A stretch of 64,000 bases of DNA from Diplonema japonicum (lineage: Eukaryota; Protista; Euglenozoa: Diplonemea): assembly GCA_964019335.1 (NCBI GenBank), contig OZ025686.1, forward strand, positions 434,001 to 498,000, given 5' to 3'. The first letter of the stretch is position 1; every line of letters starts with the position of its first letter. This document shows, one piece after another, positions 60,845-64,000 of the stretch. The position numbers were made by a program, and so were the translations under genes. The notes beneath the pieces were generated by a model. It searched no databases and was not told the DNA's origin. It worked only from the letters and a program-made list of their open reading frames with translations.

Positions 60845-61320
60845 CTATTCTTCGGGGGATGGTGTATCCGATACTTTTGTGCCAACGGATACGCTGGCCA
60901 TTACCTTTCCATTGACTTTAGTAGGAGGGTTTTCTACATAAACCATGCATTTTTGCTCTGGGGGTTGGGTTGGTTGTGGTGTTTGGGCTTGTTGCTGCGG
61001 GGGTGGCTGCTGGAAATTGTTTATGCGTGGTACTCGCATTACCAACCCACAGCATGGACACAGTGCGAGAGTCTGTTGGGGAAGGGGGTGACATAAATTC
61101 ACTTCCCAAGCATACCGTGTTCATTGGCAACAGCAGTGGAGTCAAACACCTAATGCACTGTATCCTCACCTGCTGGATTATCGTAACCACTTCACATATC
61201 GGACACCTCACAGATGGCGAACCCTGTAGTAATACAACTTTACTCATGTTTCCATACCAACGGGTAAGCCAGCGTTGTCGAACACCCGCTGCATACCACT
61301 TGGCTTTGTGGTGCTGACAT
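60845..61320 (-). CDS. LSD1/LOL-type zinc-finger protein (~132 aa, 2 introns)
   Basis: Splicing 61224-61257 and 61073-61115 yields CSGCSTTLAYPLGSPSVRCPIC and CIRCLTPLLLPMNTTLALCPCC, then VYVENPPTKVNGKVMASVSVGT. Confidence 0.85.
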
Positions 61321-61570
61321 TTCTTTTGTGTTTTAAAATAAAATCAGGGGTTCCTTTTTTGGTGATCTTGAACGCATAGCACAGTGCAAAGAGATTTATA
61401 AAAAGGGGGGGAAAGGGTATAAAAAAAGAGGAGAAAAAAGGGGGGAAGTAATAAAAAAAATAAAGAAAAATAGACCCCCACCTACCTTGCACGTGCCAGC
61501 TACCATTTAAAGTAGACCGGTGCAAGACAGGCTTCGCGGTGTCTTATACGGTGGTGTTGGTGCTGAGCGC

Positions 61571-61852
61571 TTACTGCTTGCTGAACGCATCTTTCCTGAC
61601 CATCCACTGGCCGTCGCTGGAATCGAGCTTCATGGTGAAGGTGCCAGAGAACTTGGGACCACCACCAGCAATGTTGCCCTTCACCTCCAGCTTCCACAAG
61701 TCAGAGCCACCGTCCTGGGTGGCGCTGATGTTGTCGTACCCGATGGTCTTCTTGTCAGTCACGTCGTGGCCCAGTTCCTGCTTGCCGTACTTGACCAGCC
61801 AGTTGTCAAGGGCGTTGGTCATCTCCTCCTGGCGCTTAGCTTTGTCAGACAT
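61571..61852 (-). CDS. 93-aa orphan protein, tandem copy 1
   Basis: Intact ORF with strongly G/C-ending codons like RACK1; same protein as 62340-62621. Confidence 0.8.
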   Translation of the reverse strand: MSDKAKRQEEMTNALDNWLVKYGKQELGHDVTDKKTIGYDNISATQDGGSDLWKLEVKGNIAGGGPKFSGTFTMKLDSSDGQWMVRKDAFSKQ

Positions 61853-61914
61853 TTTAAGAGTGTTAAGAACGAGTTGTCTGTGTAGATGATTCGTGTGTTA
61901 ATAATAGCTATTTA

Positions 61915-62156
61915 CTGCCAACAAGTAATTGGCTTTTCGGGTTTACGGCCCGTTACGGGGGGTGATTTCCTCCCGCAAGTCTTTCATGTGTCGGGAGTGC
62001 GAGGTACGAGCAGTACCCGGTCCGAATATCATTTCAGAAGCAGAGACAATGTAAGTCACTAAACATGTCCTTTTTACGTCTGCTTAGATAGGCACATCCC
62101 GAGACACCGACAGCATGCAACAATTATTTTCAAAAACTGGATTTACTTGTTAGCAA
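61915..62156. mobile_element. MITE-like element (~242 bp), TA-flanked
   Basis: TA|CTGCCAACAAGTAATT ... ATTTACTTGTTAGCAA|TA. Inverted ends match at 15 of 18 nt including the TA. Lies at the junction of the tandem duplication. Confidence 0.6.
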
Positions 62157-62339
62157 TATAAAAAAGAGGGGTTTTAAAAAAAAGGAGAAAAAAAGAGAGT
62201 AAAAAAAAGGGGGGAAGTAATAAAAAAAATAAAGAAAAATAGACCCCCACCTACCTTGCACGTGCCAGCTACCATTTAAAGTAGACCGGTGCAAGACAGG
62301 CTTCGCGGTGTCTTATACGGTGGTGTTGGTGCTGAGCGC

Positions 62340-62621
62340 TTACTGCTTGCTGAACGCATCTTTCCTGACCATCCACTGGCCGTCGCTGGAATCGAGCTTC
62401 ATGGTGAAGGTGCCAGAGAACTTGGGACCACCACCAGCAATGTTGCCCTTCACCTCCAGCTTCCACAAGTCAGAGCCACCGTCCTGGGTGGCGCTGATGT
62501 TGTCGTACCCGATGGTCTTCTTGTCAGTCACGTCGTGGCCCAGTTCCTGCTTGCCGTACTTGACCAGCCAGTTGTCAAGGGCGTTGGTCATCTCCTCCTG
62601 GCGCTTAGCTTTGTCAGACAT
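62340..62621 (-). CDS. 93-aa orphan protein, tandem copy 2
   Basis: Duplicate at offset 769, with shared UTR sequence. Confidence 0.8.
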   Translation of the reverse strand: MSDKAKRQEEMTNALDNWLVKYGKQELGHDVTDKKTIGYDNISATQDGGSDLWKLEVKGNIAGGGPKFSGTFTMKLDSSDGQWMVRKDAFSKQ

Positions 62622-62876
62622 TTTAAGTGTGTTAAGAACGAGTTGTCTGTGTAGATGATTCGTGTGTTGGATGAATGAAATAAAAAATAAGAAAGCTGAA
62701 TATACGTCCATCCGCAGGATAGATGCAGCAAAGTATAAGATTCATCTGCAATTTCTGAACGTCCCGTGGGTTAGCAAGATGGACGCAGATACAACTGCAA
62801 ACTACAGATGCGAAGAAGAAGGAGAAGAAACAACATGTCATCTCTAAGTGTATAGGACCGACATACATCAGTTCAC

Positions 62877-63623
62877 CTATTTGCTGAAACGGTCCAATCG
62901 TATTTTCTTTTTTGGGAAAGTTTCCTTCTTGGTGTCTTCAGTTTGGATTTTATTGCTGGTGTCAGATATCTCTTTTCCAGGCAGCTTGTGAGTGCATTCT
63001 AAGAAGTGGTTCTGAAGCTCACGGGTGGTATTGCAGCACTGGCCACAGCCGACCCTGTTGCATGTAGGAGACACATTTATCATTGCCTCAAGGTGCGACA
63101 TTTTGTAGACAGGAATGACCACACAGCCTGTATCCAGCAGCTCCTGGCACACATTTTCTGTTGTTCGTAAATAAGGTGTGGTGAATGTATTGTAATGCCG
63201 GACATTCCTGTGATACTTCATCATGTCTGTGCTGAAGACATGCAAGTGCATCTGTTTCATTGAAGGTACTGCATGGTACCCTGACATAAACTTCAGCTCA
63301 CCACACACTGGATATTTATGTTGCTCTGTAAGGACCAGATGTCTGTTTGCCTCAAGCCATTCCCAAGCCGTGGCTTCCATTTTTCGTAGCAGTGGGATAT
63401 CATCACAAGTTAGCCTGTCAATGGCTACCAGTCTGCTATCTCGAGGCAGTACAAGGAGATGCACCTGGCTTTTGGGGAACTTATCTTTCATTATTACAAG
63501 CTCATCAGTGACATGCAGCACCCCTTCACCTGTTCCAGACATTGCTACTTTGTACAGGGCATCTCTCCAGCAGTCTGTGAACTGTAGCAAAGGGGCTTCT
63601 GCCATTTTGAAGGCTTCTGCCAT
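62877..63623 (-). CDS. APTX: Aprataxin-like HIT-family protein with zinc finger
   Basis: DKFPKSQVHLLVLPR, GYHAVPSMKQMHLHVFSTD, HYNTFTT, C-terminal Cys/His finger. Confidence 0.88.
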   Translation of the reverse strand: MAEAFKMAEAPLLQFTDCWRDALYKVAMSGTGEGVLHVTDELVIMKDKFPKSQVHLLVLPRDSRLVAIDRLTCDDIPLLRKMEATAWEWLEANRHLVLTEQHKYPVCGELKFMSGYHAVPSMKQMHLHVFSTDMMKYHRNVRHYNTFTTPYLRTTENVCQELLDTGCVVIPVYKMSHLEAMINVSPTCNRVGCGQCCNTTRELQNHFLECTHKLPGKEISDTSNKIQTEDTKKETFPKKKIRLDRFSK

Positions 63624-64000
63624 TTTACTTTTTCCTGAAGGTTGATAGATAAAAGTAGCTGGGGAGAAGGGTAGGTTTTAATGAGAAGAGTAACAGAAGA
63701 AGCCCAAAGAGCAGTAGTAAAAAAGTGAATTCACAAAGGGGAAAAGAGGGGAAGAAGCAGAGAAAGAAACATACAAGCATAGACACATGGGATAAAAAAA
63801 AATCGATTAGGTAACCACAGCTGGGAGCAGTGATGGGTGAATCCTAATTAGGACTAGACCGGACTTCTAAGAAAAAAGAAGGGAAAAAAAAATATATGAG
63901 TTAAAGGAGGCCGGTGTTGGCGGCGCCCTGCACAAGAACTGTCTACTTGATTACAGGGGGCGCGCCACGGCCGAGTTGTAGCTTCTTCTGCGTTCCGCGT

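Noticed and set aside
16151-61320. Frameshifted pseudogenes, stop-codon reassignment or non-canonical introns
   Set aside because: Every break examined is resolved by a short canonical GT-AG intron under the standard genetic code.
1378-63645. Long plus-strand ORFs such as 20090-21064, 23318-24235, 37582-38520 and 46809-47837
   Set aside because: Antisense shadows of minus-strand genes with no recognisable motifs.
63905-64000. GC-rich end, possibly the 3' end of the next minus-strand gene
   Set aside because: Too short to fix a frame or product.
1-64000. tRNA, rRNA, SL RNA or spliceosomal snRNA genes
   Set aside because: None recognised by eye. A tRNAscan-SE or Rfam run would be needed to exclude divergent ones.

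Overview
Eukaryotic nuclear DNA, probably a euglenozoan (diplonemid-like; this is inference, not a database match). All ~25 supportable protein genes are on the minus strand, some only 50-120 nt apart, which fits a polycistronic, trans-spliced gene cluster. Unlike trypanosomatids, many genes carry very short GT-AG introns. I reconstructed 31 introns of 32-59 nt (25 start GTATG), and they join many fragments of the ORF track into complete genes. Genes include three kinases, a stand-alone HIRAN protein, PP2C, an imine-reductase-like dehydrogenase, a TRF4-type poly(A) polymerase, tandem RACK1 copies, a ~2770-aa IP3 receptor with an internal PDZ domain, an S53 peptidase, a cyclophilin, a CID-domain protein, a ~2680-aa WD40/coiled-coil protein, CFAP36, an EF-hand/PDZ protein, a PPR protein, an LSD1-type zinc-finger protein, a duplicated 93-aa orphan and an aprataxin-like protein. 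Non-coding features are a tandem snoRNA-like cluster (2.9-4.1 kb), a TTAA-flanked piggyBac-type non-autonomous element, a TA-flanked MITE, a dispersed ~43-nt hairpin motif and a 31-bp TTAGGG-containing minisatellite. Product calls come from recognising motifs by eye; no searches were run.
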